A DNA stretch of 64,000 nucleotides from Candidatus Aminicenantes bacterium (GCA_963702005.1 OY969696.1:2432001-2496000), one strand, 5' to 3'. Shown: positions 8,526 through 18,484, counted from the stretch's first letter. Notes: generated from the sequence alone by a model not told the origin. Made by a program: numbers and translations.

Positions 8526-10742
8526 ATGAAAAGGCATATACGCAGAGCAAGGTACTTCTTTATCGCCTTCCTGGCGCTTTTTTTCTTCGGGGGGCGGCCG
8601 GTCGAATTTGGCAAGGAAAACTCATTTTTTCACGGCTTCCTCATCCCTAACCCGGTCATTAAGATCGGGCTGGGGGTCAACCTGAGCGATATCGAGATCG
8701 CCTCCTCCTCGGGGATGAAGGTCTATGAGGTCAACCGGGATTACCGGTTGGTATCGGACGACGCCCAGGAAGTCCGCATTAAAGGGCGCCGCGAGAAGCT
8801 TTCCGAGAAATTCGTCATCCTGATCGCCCATGCCCAAGAGAGGAAAGAAGCCGAGATCATGGCCCGGGATCTTAAAGCCAAGCTCGGCAGGAAGGTCTAT
8901 GTCGAAGAAAATAAAGAGGATGAGCTGGGCGTATCATTTGAGGTCAAGGTCGGCGACTTTCTGACCAGAGGCGAAGCCCTCGCCTTCATCAAAGAGCTCA
9001 ACGCGGCCGGGGTGAGCGAAGCCTGGATCCTGACCGAGGAGGTCACGGTCGCGGAGTCCAAGCCGCTCTGGATCCTGGTCAACGATCAGCTCCAGAACCT
9101 CACCGAGGAAACCGTCCTCTACTTCATTCCCGCCAACCAGGAGAGCTTTCTGAGCTTCAACGGGAGAAGCTACCGGGGCATCTTCATCCTCAGGTCGAGC
9201 CGGAAGGGAATGGCCCTGGTCAACCTCCTCAATGTTGAAGACTACCTGAAGGGAGTCGTCCCCAACGAACTTTCGCCCTCCGGGTTCAACGAAATCGAGG
9301 CCCTCAAAGCCCAGGCCGTGGCGGCCAGAACCTACGCCATCAAGAACCTCGGCGAGAACCAAGATCTGGGCTTTGACCTCTGGAATACGGCCAAATCCCA
9401 GGTCTACCGGGGTATCGACAGCGAGCTCCCCATGAGCAATAAGGCGGTGGACGAGACCAAAGGAGAGGTCGTCCTCTACCGTGGGGCGCTCATCAATGCC
9501 CTCTACACGAGCACCTGCGGCGGCCGGACCGAAAACAGCGAGAACGTCTTCGGAGGCAAGGCCGTTCCCTACCTAAGGAGCACGGTTTGTGTCTATGAAA
9601 AGAAGCCCGAGTGGGCCGTCGAAACCGAGCGGGACGCCCCGGCCCGGGCCCAGGTCTTCGGCAACGATATATCTCTCGAAATCGCCTCCTTGACGGCCTT
9701 CGGCGTTATCCCCGGAGGAAGCGATCCGGTCGCCTTCAGGGAGATGGTCCAGCCCGAGGAGGCCGCCGAATGGATCCGGAAAGCCCTGGCTGTCCTCGGT
9801 CCCCAGGCCGAAACGGTCGCCTATCCGGCTCCGGCCGTAACGTTCGCTACTCTCGCTCCCTTGATTGTCCGGGTCTTCCACTGGCGGGATCGCGTCCACA
9901 ACCTCCTTATCGATGAAGAGGTCGCCTACATCACGGAGAAGCAGCCGGGCCTGGCGGCCGCGGACAGGGAAAACCTGGCCTATCTCGTTTGGGCCGAGGT
10001 TTTTCCTCCCCTGGACGTCATGGGCAGTCCGGATAGGGCGCTATCCCGCGGCGAGCTCATCCATGCCCTCTACAAGGTCCTGACGAGTTCCAAGGACTTG
10101 AGCCATTACGGGACCGTCGAAGAGATCGGCCGGGATGATATAACCGTCATGGAGGACCTTCAGAAAAGAACCCTGCGCGTCCCGCCCGAGATCTTTCTGG
10201 TCAGGGATTATCTGGAGGGCCACTCTTTTCCGGTGAGCCTGTCGCTCTGGCCCGGGGACAGGGTCCGCTGGCTGGAGCGGGACGGGATCATGGCCCTCCT
10301 CGAGGTCGCCCCTTCGCCCGATACGAACGTCCTGGATCGGACATCGACCTTCCACCGCTGGCAGGTCCGCCGCTCCCGGGAGGAGCTCGAAAAGCTTGTC
10401 AATCAGTATTATCCCGTCGGCCGTCTGGTGGACATCTTCGACCAGAAGCGGGGCGAGTCGGGACGCGTCACGGAACTCCTCGTCATCGGCGGCGAAGGCC
10501 AGACGATCGTGACCGGCCTCAAGGTCCGTTATGTGCTGGGGCTCAAGGACACTCTATTCGCCATCGATCGCGAGTACGACGGCGAGGGCAAGGTGGCCTT
10601 CTTCACCTTCTCCGGAAAGGGCTGGGGACACGGCGTCGGACTCTGCCAGGTCGGGGCGTTCGGGATGGCCCAACAGGGCGCCCGCTACCAGGAGATTCTC
10701 AAAAAGTACTACCAGGGCGTCAAGATCGACAAGGCCTACTGA
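8526..10742 (+). CDS. SpoIID/LytB-domain peptidoglycan lytic transglycosylase with a SPOR-like segment
   Basis: VEDYLKGVVPNE, EALKAQAVAARTYA, SQVYRG, YTSTCGGRT, GWGHGVGLCQVGA, ILKKYY. Confidence 0.9.
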   Translation: MKRHIRRARYFFIAFLALFFFGGRPVEFGKENSFFHGFLIPNPVIKIGLGVNLSDIEIASSSGMKVYEVNRDYRLVSDDAQEVRIKGRREKLSEKFVILIAHAQERKEAEIMARDLKAKLGRKVYVEENKEDELGVSFEVKVGDFLTRGEALAFIKELNAAGVSEAWILTEEVTVAESKPLWILVNDQLQNLTEETVLYFIPANQESFLSFNGRSYRGIFILRSSRKGMALVNLLNVEDYLKGVVPNELSPSGFNEIEALKAQAVAARTYAIKNLGENQDLGFDLWNTAKSQVYRGIDSELPMSNKAVDETKGEVVLYRGALINALYTSTCGGRTENSENVFGGKAVPYLRSTVCVYEKKPEWAVETERDAPARAQVFGNDISLEIASLTAFGVIPGGSDPVAFREMVQPEEAAEWIRKALAVLGPQAETVAYPAPAVTFATLAPLIVRVFHWRDRVHNLLIDEEVAYITEKQPGLAAADRENLAYLVWAEVFPPLDVMGSPDRALSRGELIHALYKVLTSSKDLSHYGTVEEIGRDDITVMEDLQKRTLRVPPEIFLVRDYLEGHSFPVSLSLWPGDRVRWLERDGIMALLEVAPSPDTNVLDRTSTFHRWQVRRSREELEKLVNQYYPVGRLVDIFDQKRGESGRVTELLVIGGEGQTIVTGLKVRYVLGLKDTLFAIDREYDGEGKVAFFTFSGKGWGHGVGLCQVGAFGMAQQGARYQEILKKYYQGVKIDKAY

Positions 10743-10764
10743 GCCTCGCTCTTCTTTTTTCCTT

Positions 10765-10833
10765 TGACCCGTTCGCCGACGCTAAGCCCAGCCTTGCAGT
10801 ACTCGTGGCTTCCATGGGTGTCGAGGGGTTGAC
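10765..10833 (+). repeat. Modular hairpin repeat, copy A (short)
   Basis: TGACCCGTTCGCCGACGCTA ... CAGCCTTGCAG ... TGGCTTCCATGGGTGTCGAGGGGTTGAC; ends shared with the copies at 31759 and 52230. Confidence 0.85.
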
Positions 10834-10858
10834 ACGGCCCGCAGCCGTCCCCTATAAT
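10829..10858 (+). promoter_or_regulatory. Putative speE promoter, with -35 supplied by the repeat end
   Basis: TTGACA-N18-TATAAT; ATG 9 nt downstream. Confidence 0.65.
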
Positions 10859-10867
10859 TTTTTTGCC

Positions 10868-11710
10868 ATGAACAGCCGTCACTCCGGACGCCGGCCCCTC
10901 GAGTTCCGCGAGGACCAGACGCCGACGAGCGGGATTTTTTTCAAAGCACGCCGTTCCCTCTATCGGGGCCGCTCCCGCTTCCAGCGGATCGAGGTTTTCG
11001 AGAACGACGCCTTCGGCCGCGTCCTGTTCCTGGACGGCTTGGTCCAGACGACCGAAAAGGACGAATTTTTCTACCATGAGATGCTCGTCCATCCCGCCCT
11101 CCTCCGGCATCCCCGGCCGCGCCGGGTCCTGATCATCGGGGGAGGGGACGGCGGCGCCTTGCGCGAAGTCCTGCGCCATCCCGTTGAAAAGGCGACCTTA
11201 GTCGAAATCGACGGCCGTGTCATCGAAGTCTGCAAGGAACATTTCGGCTGGCTGCGGCCCGCCCTGCGCGGCGGCCGGGCCGAAATCGTCGTCGACGACG
11301 GGAACGTATTTCTCAACAGGACCCGGGACCGTTTCGACGTCATCCTGGTCGACTCCTCGGACCCGGTCGGCCCCTCGACGGTCCTCCATCAGAAGGCGTT
11401 TTATGAAAGAGTCAAGCGCCGCCTGTCGCCGGGAGGGATCGCGGCCGCCCAGGCCGGCGCCTTGCTCTACCATCTCGATTCCCACCGCCGCAAGAACGCC
11501 TTCCTCCGGACGCTCTTCCGCCACGCCCATTTCTATATCGGTCCCGTCCCGACCTATCCCGGCGGTATGTGGTGCTATGTTTTTTGTTCGGACAGGATCC
11601 TTCCCCTCGGCCGCCTCCGGCGGGCGCCGGCGGGACTCCGCTACTACAATCCCGAGGTCCATAGGGCCGCCTTCGCCCTGCCCAACCTGCTGGCCGAAAA
11701 GCTGCGCTGA
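10868..11710 (+). CDS. speE: Spermidine synthase (polyamine aminopropyltransferase)
   Basis: LFLDGLVQTTEKDEFFYHEMLVHP, VLIIGGGDGG, VEID, DVILVDSSDPVGP, VPTYPGG. Start moved to ATG 10868 because the upstream part of the ORF is repeat sequence. Confidence 0.92.
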   Translation: MNSRHSGRRPLEFREDQTPTSGIFFKARRSLYRGRSRFQRIEVFENDAFGRVLFLDGLVQTTEKDEFFYHEMLVHPALLRHPRPRRVLIIGGGDGGALREVLRHPVEKATLVEIDGRVIEVCKEHFGWLRPALRGGRAEIVVDDGNVFLNRTRDRFDVILVDSSDPVGPSTVLHQKAFYERVKRRLSPGGIAAAQAGALLYHLDSHRRKNAFLRTLFRHAHFYIGPVPTYPGGMWCYVFCSDRILPLGRLRRAPAGLRYYNPEVHRAAFALPNLLAEKLR

Positions 11711-11737
11711 AGAGCTATTTCGGCTCCGCCCTCGCGC

Positions 11738-12715
11738 TTAGCCTTCGAGTCGCCTCTCGTCCCTTTTTGTGCGGAGGGCCCGCAGCATGTCCGCGGTCAT
11801 CGCGGCCAGATCGTAGGACGGCGCCCAGCCCCATTCCTCCCGGGCGGCCGAATCGTCGATCGATTCGGGCCAGGAGTCGGCGATGGCCTGACGAAAGTCC
11901 GGCTTGTAGGCGCAGACGAAGCCGGGGAGGTGTTTGCGGATTTCGGCTGCCAGTTCCCCGGCCGAGAAGCTCACGGCCGAGACGTTGAAATTGGAATGAT
12001 GTTTGAGACGGCCGAAATCGGCGTCCATCAAGTCCACGACGGACTTGAGGCAGTCCGGCATATACATCATGGGGAGGCGGGTCTCTTCCTTGAGAAAGCA
12101 CGTGTACTTTCCGGACTTGACGGCGTCATAGAAAATGGCGACGGCGTAATCGGTCGTGCCCCCGCCGGGAAGGGTCTCGTGGCTGATGATGCCTGGGAAG
12201 CGGCAGCCCCTAACGTCGAGGCCGAACTTGCGCACGTAGTAATCGCACAGGTATTCGCCGGCGACCTTGGTGACGCCGTACATCGTCCGGGGGTCGAGGA
12301 TCGTGTCCTGGGGCGTGTTTGGGCGGGGGGTGGCCGGGCCGAATACGGCGATCGAGCTCGGGACGAAGACGCGGACGAGGCTCTCCTCGCGGGCGACCTC
12401 GAGGACGGCGTGGGTTCCGTCCATGTTGACGCGCCAGGCCTTGTCCGGCTGCTTCTCGCCCACGGCGGACAGGATGGCGGCCAGGTGGTAGATCGTATCG
12501 ATCCGGTATTTGCGGACGACGGCCTTGAGGGCCTTGATGTCCGTGATGTCCAAGCGTTCAAACGGGCCGGCTTCTCCGAAAGCGGCGAAGGGGGCGGCGA
12601 TATCGGAAGCGACGACGTTGGCGGCCCCGTGCCGGGTTCGGAGCAGGGCCGTCAGCTCGGACCCGATCTGGCCGATGGCGCCGGTGATCAGGATCGTCTT
12701 CATATCTTTAGCCAT
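11738..12715 (-). CDS. NAD-dependent epimerase family, L-threonine 3-dehydrogenase type
   Basis: ITGAIGQIGSEL, HLAAILSAVGE, SSIAVFG, MYGVTK, PGGGTTDYA, LPMMYMPD, RQAIADSWP. Confidence 0.88.
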   Translation of the reverse strand: MAKDMKTILITGAIGQIGSELTALLRTRHGAANVVASDIAAPFAAFGEAGPFERLDITDIKALKAVVRKYRIDTIYHLAAILSAVGEKQPDKAWRVNMDGTHAVLEVAREESLVRVFVPSSIAVFGPATPRPNTPQDTILDPRTMYGVTKVAGEYLCDYYVRKFGLDVRGCRFPGIISHETLPGGGTTDYAVAIFYDAVKSGKYTCFLKEETRLPMMYMPDCLKSVVDLMDADFGRLKHHSNFNVSAVSFSAGELAAEIRKHLPGFVCAYKPDFRQAIADSWPESIDDSAAREEWGWAPSYDLAAMTADMLRALRTKRDERRLEG

Positions 12716-12859
12716 GGATGAGGACCTCGCAGGACGAATTATTGAATAAGAAAGGATTACTTATATCGTGACCACGCCGGGATGTCAATATGGACTCTGC
12801 GCCGGCGGAGGCCGGTTTCGCGTATAATAGGGGCGATCCTTCGGGAAGGAGCATAAGGA

Positions 12860-13576
12860 ATGGATGAAAGGGTTGCTCTCGTCACGGGTTCGGCCCGAGG
12901 CATGGGGCGCGCCATCGCCCTATCCCTGGCTGAGGACTGCGCCGCCGTGGCCGTTCACTTCCGGAGTGACGCGGCCGGCGCGGATGAGACCGTCAAGTCC
13001 ATCATGGGGACGGGCACAAAGTGCGCGGCCTTTCGCGCCGATTTGGCGAACGAAACGGAGGTCACGGCGCTGGTCGGGTCCGTCGAGAAGGCGTTCGGCC
13101 GGATCGACATCCTGGTCAACAACGTCGGGCCCTTCCTGGTCAAAGCCTGGCACGAACTCGGCGCCCAGGACTGGGACGGCCTCCTCCGCGTCAATTTGAT
13201 TGGCGCCTTTTCCTGCATGAAGGCCGTCCTCCCCGGCATGCGCCGCAGGAAGTGGGGGAGGATCATCAACATCGGCTACAGCCGAGCCGAGCAGCTCGGC
13301 GCTTTCCCGACCATCGCGCCCTACGCCGTTGCCAAGACGGGCCTCGTCATCCTAACCCGGACCGCCGCCAAGACCGAAGCCGTCCACGGGATCACGGTCA
13401 ACTTAGTCTCGCCGGGGCTCATCAAGGGGGGGGCCCTGCCCGCGGACAAGAACCTTGATCCGGAGACGCTGGGGAGCTTCGAGGACGTCGCCCGGGCCGT
13501 CTTGAGCTTGGCTTCAGAGAGCGCTTCCAAGGTGACCGGGACCAACATCATCGTCGCCGGGACTTGGAAAATGTGA
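12860..13576 (+). CDS. Short-chain dehydrogenase/reductase
   Basis: VTGSARGMG, DILVNNVG, YAVAK, VSPG. Confidence 0.9.
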   Translation: MDERVALVTGSARGMGRAIALSLAEDCAAVAVHFRSDAAGADETVKSIMGTGTKCAAFRADLANETEVTALVGSVEKAFGRIDILVNNVGPFLVKAWHELGAQDWDGLLRVNLIGAFSCMKAVLPGMRRRKWGRIINIGYSRAEQLGAFPTIAPYAVAKTGLVILTRTAAKTEAVHGITVNLVSPGLIKGGALPADKNLDPETLGSFEDVARAVLSLASESASKVTGTNIIVAGTWKM

Positions 13577-13709
13577 TCCGGGCCGGCTACATCGCGGACT
13601 GAAGTTCGCCTCCCAGCCGGTTCATTCGTTCCTCTGCCTTTTCCGCACTCCGCCGCGCTTTCCTTGCCTTAAGCCGTCCTTTGTGGATAATGAGGGGCCA
13701 GGATCGGAT

Positions 13710-14897
13710 ATGTTCGAAGACGCGGCGGGACGGCTTAAAGCGAACCTGGGAAAGATCTACCTCTATAAGTTCCTGGGAGACGCCTGGATCATCGCGCCCA
13801 TCCTGATCCCGTTCTATATGTCGAACGGTCTGAATTCGACGCAGGTCTTCACCATCCAGGCGGCCTATGCGCTGTCCATTCTCCTTTTCGAGGTTCCTTC
13901 CGGCTACCTGGCGGACGTCATCGGGCGGCGCGGGACGCTCATCTTGGGAGCGGCCCTGCTGCCGGCCGGCGTTGCGGTCTATGCCTTCACGGACCGGTTC
14001 TGGACCTTCGTGCTGGCCGAATTCGTGATCGCCGTCGGGAACAGCATGCGATCCGGGTCGGATTCGGCTTTCATCTACGACACGCTGATCCGGCTGGGAC
14101 AGGAAAGCCGGTACAAGGCGTTCGAGGGCAAGGCCTTCTTTTTTTCCAGGCTGGGATCCTCGCTGTCGGCCGTCCTGGGGGGCGTCCTGGCGGCATCCTC
14201 GCTCCGGCTCCCGTTCTACGTCAACATCGCCGCCGCGGCCTTGATGCTGCCCCTGGCCCTGTCCCTCGTCGAGCCCGAGCGGACAAAAATTGAGTCTCCC
14301 CATCCCTTCCGCGATATCCTCGGCGTCTGCCGGATCATGTTAACTCACCCCCGCCTCCGGCCCCTTGTCCTTTTAACGGCTCTGATCATGAGCACGGGGA
14401 TCGTCGGGCTCTGGTCCTATTTTCTCTACTACCGGGCCTTGGGCATCGGCATCGGCTATTTCGGAGTTCTGTTCGCCCTGTCCCAACTGGCCGGCGCGGC
14501 CGGTTCGAAAAGCGCTCATCGCTTGGAGGCCCGCTTCGGCCCCAAGTGGGGCCTCCTGATCATCCTCCCGATCGGGTTGAATTTCTTTATTCTCGGGCTC
14601 GTCGGCTCCCTCTGGGTGTTTCCGGCCATCCTCCTCAACCTGTTCCTTTGGGGCTATTCGTTTCCGGTCCTGCTCGACCGCATGAACCGGCGGATCGCCT
14701 CCCAGGTCAGGGCCACCGCCCTCTCGCTGGCGTCCATGGCCGGAAGCCTGGCCTTCGCTCTTCTCTCCCCCGCTTTCGGCCGCATCGTGGATGCCGTCTC
14801 TCTGCGTGCCGCTTATTTCGTCCTGTCCGGAATTTTTTTGGGCGGGACGCTGCTCCTCCTGGCGATCCTGCTCAGACCTTGTCCTGAGGGTTCCTAG
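13710..14897 (+). CDS. MFS transporter
   Basis: Many hydrophobic helices; motif A-like EVPSGYLADVIGRR; SGSDSAFIYDTL. Confidence 0.88.
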   Translation: MFEDAAGRLKANLGKIYLYKFLGDAWIIAPILIPFYMSNGLNSTQVFTIQAAYALSILLFEVPSGYLADVIGRRGTLILGAALLPAGVAVYAFTDRFWTFVLAEFVIAVGNSMRSGSDSAFIYDTLIRLGQESRYKAFEGKAFFFSRLGSSLSAVLGGVLAASSLRLPFYVNIAAAALMLPLALSLVEPERTKIESPHPFRDILGVCRIMLTHPRLRPLVLLTALIMSTGIVGLWSYFLYYRALGIGIGYFGVLFALSQLAGAAGSKSAHRLEARFGPKWGLLIILPIGLNFFILGLVGSLWVFPAILLNLFLWGYSFPVLLDRMNRRIASQVRATALSLASMAGSLAFALLSPAFGRIVDAVSLRAAYFVLSGIFLGGTLLLLAILLRPCPEGS

Positions 14898-14991
14898 GAC
14901 GCGTTTTCCGGCGGCGGTTGCCGTCCGGAAGGCGCCGATGATACAATTCGCCCTGTCCGGAGGGGATATGCGCGTTCGAAAGGAGACGGCC

Positions 14992-16833
14992 ATGCCTCAA
15001 AGCAGGATATTCACGGTTTTTATCGCGGCGGCCGGGATTCTTCTGATCCAGCCGGGGGCTCGATTTTTATCCGCGGGGGAGGAAAGCGGCGGCGAACCCG
15101 CTGTCACCCTAATCAAAAACGTCAGGATCTTTGACGGGGAGCGCACCCTCGAGAAGGGGAGCGTCCTTTTCCGGGGCGGGACGATCGCCTCGGTCGGCCG
15201 AGACATCGCCGTCCCTCCCGGGGCCGAGGTCGTCGACGGAGCCGGGAAAACGCTCTTGCCCGGCCTCATCGATTCCCACGTCCATGCCTTCGGGAACGCC
15301 CTCGAACACGCCCTCGTATTCGGCGTCACGACCGAGATCGACATGTTCACGGACCTGGGCTTCCTCCGCGAGGCCAGGGCCCGCCAGGCCGAGGGGAAGA
15401 GCCTCGACCGCGCCGACATCGTCTCTTCGGGAACGCTGATCACGGCGCCGGGCGGGCATGGAACCGAATACGGCATCCCTATCCCGACTATCCGGAGCGC
15501 CGACGAAGCCCAAGCCTTCGTGGATGCCCGGATCGCCAAGGGGGCCGACTTCATCAAGATCATCTATGGACCGCCCCCTCCCACGATCGACCCCGCGACA
15601 TTGTCCGCCGTCATCGCGGCCGCTCATGCGCGGGGCAAGCTGGCCGCCGTCCATGCCCTGTCCTATGCGTCGGCCTTAGAGGCTGTCAAGGCGGGCGCCA
15701 ATATCCTGGCCCATGTCTTCGCTGATAAACCCCCCGAGGACGAATTCATCAAATTGGCCGTCAAGAACCATGTTGTCCTCATCCCGACGCTGACGGTAGT
15801 CGGGAGCTTGGCGGGTCGGCCCTTGGAGGACGGCTTCCTCAATGACCCGGGCCTCGAGCCTTTCCTGGCCCCGGCCGATATCGGCCAGTTCAAGCAGACG
15901 TTCCCGGCCGGCCTCGCCAAAGGGATCGACTACAATACGGCGCTGAAGACCGTCGGTATCTTGAGTTCGGCCGGCGTCCCGATTCTGGCGGGCACCGACG
16001 CATCCAATCCGGGGACGGTTCACGGGGCCAGCCTCCATCTCGAGCTCGAGAGGCTTGTCGCCGCCGGGCTTGCGCCGGCCCGGGCGCTCGCTGCGGCCAC
16101 GGCGGCCCCGGCCGCGGTCTTCAAGCTCAAGGACCGGGGCCGGATCGCGCCGGGTTTCCGCGCCGACCTGATCCTGGTCGCGGGAAACCCCCTCGAGGAC
16201 ATCCGGGCGACGCGCCGGATCGAAGGGATCTGGAAGACCGGCGTCCGGTTTGATCGGACCCCGTACCGGAACGAGGTCGAACGTCTGAGGGCCGAGGAGG
16301 CCAAGCAGAAAACGGCCGCGCCCCCGCTTGGTTCCGAGTCCGGACTCATCAGCGATTTCGAGGATGGAGCGACCGGTTCACGCTTCGGGTTGGGCTGGGC
16401 GGTCTCGACGGATCGCTACGCGGGGGGGAAATCGACGGCCGCCCTCAAGGTCGTCGAGGGCGGGGCGAACGGCAGCCGGCGCTCCCTGTCCGTTTCCGGT
16501 GAAGTCGCTCCCGGCCTTGCTTATGCCTGGAGCGGCGCCATCTTTTTCCCTTCTTCCGTCCCGTTCGCGCCGGCCAACCTGTCCCATAAAAAAGAGTTGG
16601 CCTTCTGGGCCAAGGGCGATATCAAGATCCTTGCGGTCATGGTCAACCTTAAGGACAAGGGATTCATCCCGCTGACCGTTCCGGTTACAATCGGAGCGGA
16701 CTGGCGGGAGTTCGCGATCCCCTTCACGGCGTTCGGAAACTCGGACGGCAGCAATATAACGGCCGTTTCGATCGCCGCGGGACCCGAGCCGGGGCCGTTC
16801 GCGTTCCAAATCGACGAGGTGAGGCTGAAATGA
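14992..16833 (+). CDS. Secreted amidohydrolase fused to a C-terminal CIA30/carbohydrate-binding-like domain
   Basis: SD AAGGAG before ATG 14992; LPGLIDSHVH, IKII, AVHA, LAHV, AGTD, GRIAPGFRADL; C-terminal ISDFE...W...GGKS...FWAKGD...WREFAIPF. Confidence 0.8.
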   Translation: MPQSRIFTVFIAAAGILLIQPGARFLSAGEESGGEPAVTLIKNVRIFDGERTLEKGSVLFRGGTIASVGRDIAVPPGAEVVDGAGKTLLPGLIDSHVHAFGNALEHALVFGVTTEIDMFTDLGFLREARARQAEGKSLDRADIVSSGTLITAPGGHGTEYGIPIPTIRSADEAQAFVDARIAKGADFIKIIYGPPPPTIDPATLSAVIAAAHARGKLAAVHALSYASALEAVKAGANILAHVFADKPPEDEFIKLAVKNHVVLIPTLTVVGSLAGRPLEDGFLNDPGLEPFLAPADIGQFKQTFPAGLAKGIDYNTALKTVGILSSAGVPILAGTDASNPGTVHGASLHLELERLVAAGLAPARALAAATAAPAAVFKLKDRGRIAPGFRADLILVAGNPLEDIRATRRIEGIWKTGVRFDRTPYRNEVERLRAEEAKQKTAAPPLGSESGLISDFEDGATGSRFGLGWAVSTDRYAGGKSTAALKVVEGGANGSRRSLSVSGEVAPGLAYAWSGAIFFPSSVPFAPANLSHKKELAFWAKGDIKILAVMVNLKDKGFIPLTVPVTIGADWREFAIPFTAFGNSDGSNITAVSIAAGPEPGPFAFQIDEVRLK

Positions 16834-18299
16834 GAGCTCGACGAGCGGCCGCGCTGTTCGTCCTTCTTACCGTCGGGTTCGGCGCCGCATCCTGCGATTC
16901 CCGGGCGGCCTTGGCGCGGCGAAGGATCAAAGCCGTCGAGACCGGCCTGCTGCGCGCCGTGTTTTTTAAAGGCCAAAAACCCGAGGCCCTCAAGCTCCGC
17001 GACCGGATGGCCTTCTATCGCGTCCCGGCCGTCAGTATCGCCGTCGTCGACGGGCTTAATCTGGAATGGGCCGAAGCCTACGGGACGAAAATTGCGGGCG
17101 GCGCCGATCCCGTGTCGGCAGAGACCCTCTTCCAGGCCGGCGCGCTCAGCCAGCCTCCGGCGGCGGCCGCCGCCCTCCGCTTCGTCGAACAGGGCCGGCT
17201 CGGCCTCGACGCCGACGTCAATGCCGTCCTTCGCCGCTGGCGGATTCCCCGGACCGGCCTGACCGCCCGCGTTCCCGTGACGCTCGGCGGCGTGCTGAGC
17301 CACAGCGCGGGATTCGGGGAACTGGTTCTGGCCGGGACTGCGCCGGGCAGGCCCGGTCCGGACCTGCTTCAGGTCCTGAACGGGGAGCGGCCGGCCGGCA
17401 ATCCGGTCGTGCAGCCCGTGGTCGAGCCGGGGACGCGCGACCTCTTTTCAGAGTCGGGCTTCGCCGTCCTCGAGGAGATTCTGATCGAAGTCGACGAAAA
17501 GCCGTTTCCTGCTCTCATGAAAGAGACCATCCTGGATCCGGCCGGCATGTCCCGCAGCAGCTATGAATCGCCGCTTCCCGAAGCGTGGCGGAGTCGGGCC
17601 GCCTCGGGCCATCTCCGCGACGGCCGGATGATCGAAGGCGGCTGGCTGGATTATCCGGCGCTGGCCGCCAAGGGGCTTTGGACGACGCCGTCCGACCTGG
17701 CCGTCTTCGGAGCCGAGATCATGGAAGCGGCCATGGGCAAGCCGTCCCGGTTGCTGGGGGAGGCTGCCGCGAGGGCCATGCTGACGCCCCGGGCAGGCGT
17801 TCGCGGACTCGGGTTCGTCGTCGAAGGCCGCACGCGGGAGAGACTCCTGATCAGCCTCGAGGGACGGACCGATGGGTTCTCCTCGATGCTCGTCATGATC
17901 CCGGACAAAGGGCAGGCCGCCGTCGTCATGGCCAACAGCGATAACGGGGAATTCTTGATCGACGAGATCCTCCGGGCGCTGTCCGCGGCTTACCGTTGGC
18001 CCTATTTCAAGCCCGAGGAGAAGCCCCTCTATCGGCTCGACCCGGCCGTCATCCGCGACTACCTGGGGCGCTTTCGGATCACGCCCCAGTCTATTCTGGA
18101 GGTCGCCGCCGAGGACCCCTGCCTCGTCATCGCGCCGACCGGCCAAGCCAAAACCAAGTTCTACGCGGACAGCGAGTCCGTCTTCTTCTCGATCGATCCG
18201 CCCGCCCGGGTCCGCTTCCAAAGGGACGCGGCCGGCCGGGTCGACCGGCTGATTCTGATCCAAGGCCGTTCCATCCAGGAAGCCCTCCGGATCGACTGA
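16830..18299 (+). CDS. Beta-lactamase-family serine hydrolase homologue, probably catalytically inactive; possible lipoprotein
   Basis: VPAVSIAV, TLFQAG, LGLDADVN, LSHSAG, GLWTTPSDLA fold motifs; the SxxK position reads ALSQ. Confidence 0.8.
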   Translation: MRARRAAALFVLLTVGFGAASCDSRAALARRRIKAVETGLLRAVFFKGQKPEALKLRDRMAFYRVPAVSIAVVDGLNLEWAEAYGTKIAGGADPVSAETLFQAGALSQPPAAAAALRFVEQGRLGLDADVNAVLRRWRIPRTGLTARVPVTLGGVLSHSAGFGELVLAGTAPGRPGPDLLQVLNGERPAGNPVVQPVVEPGTRDLFSESGFAVLEEILIEVDEKPFPALMKETILDPAGMSRSSYESPLPEAWRSRAASGHLRDGRMIEGGWLDYPALAAKGLWTTPSDLAVFGAEIMEAAMGKPSRLLGEAAARAMLTPRAGVRGLGFVVEGRTRERLLISLEGRTDGFSSMLVMIPDKGQAAVVMANSDNGEFLIDEILRALSAAYRWPYFKPEEKPLYRLDPAVIRDYLGRFRITPQSILEVAAEDPCLVIAPTGQAKTKFYADSESVFFSIDPPARVRFQRDAAGRVDRLILIQGRSIQEALRID

Positions 18300-18327
18300 G
18301 ACCGCATTTCCACAGATAAAAATTTTA

Positions 18328-18409
18328 TACTAAGGCTTTAAAAGCGGATCTGAAGCGACCAGCGTTAAAAACCCGAAGGGGAGCGAAGACCGCTTTTAAA
18401 GCCTTAGTA
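18328..18409. repeat. 20-bp perfect inverted repeat with a 42-nt spacer
   Basis: TACTAAGGCTTTAAAAGCGG (18328-18347) and CCGCTTTTAAAGCCTTAGTA (18390-18409). Confidence 0.85.
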
Positions 18410-18484
18410 CTACGGGCTTGCCCCGCGAAGGCCGCTGGACTACAATGATCGTCCCGGATCGTCGGTTCGGACCGTGAGGTTTCC

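Noticed and set aside
10805-10867. MASMGV[E/D]GLT N-termini of the ORFs at 10805 and 32087, and LSMGVEGLT in ORF 52154
   Set aside because: These are translations of the repeat's right end, not a shared protein domain.
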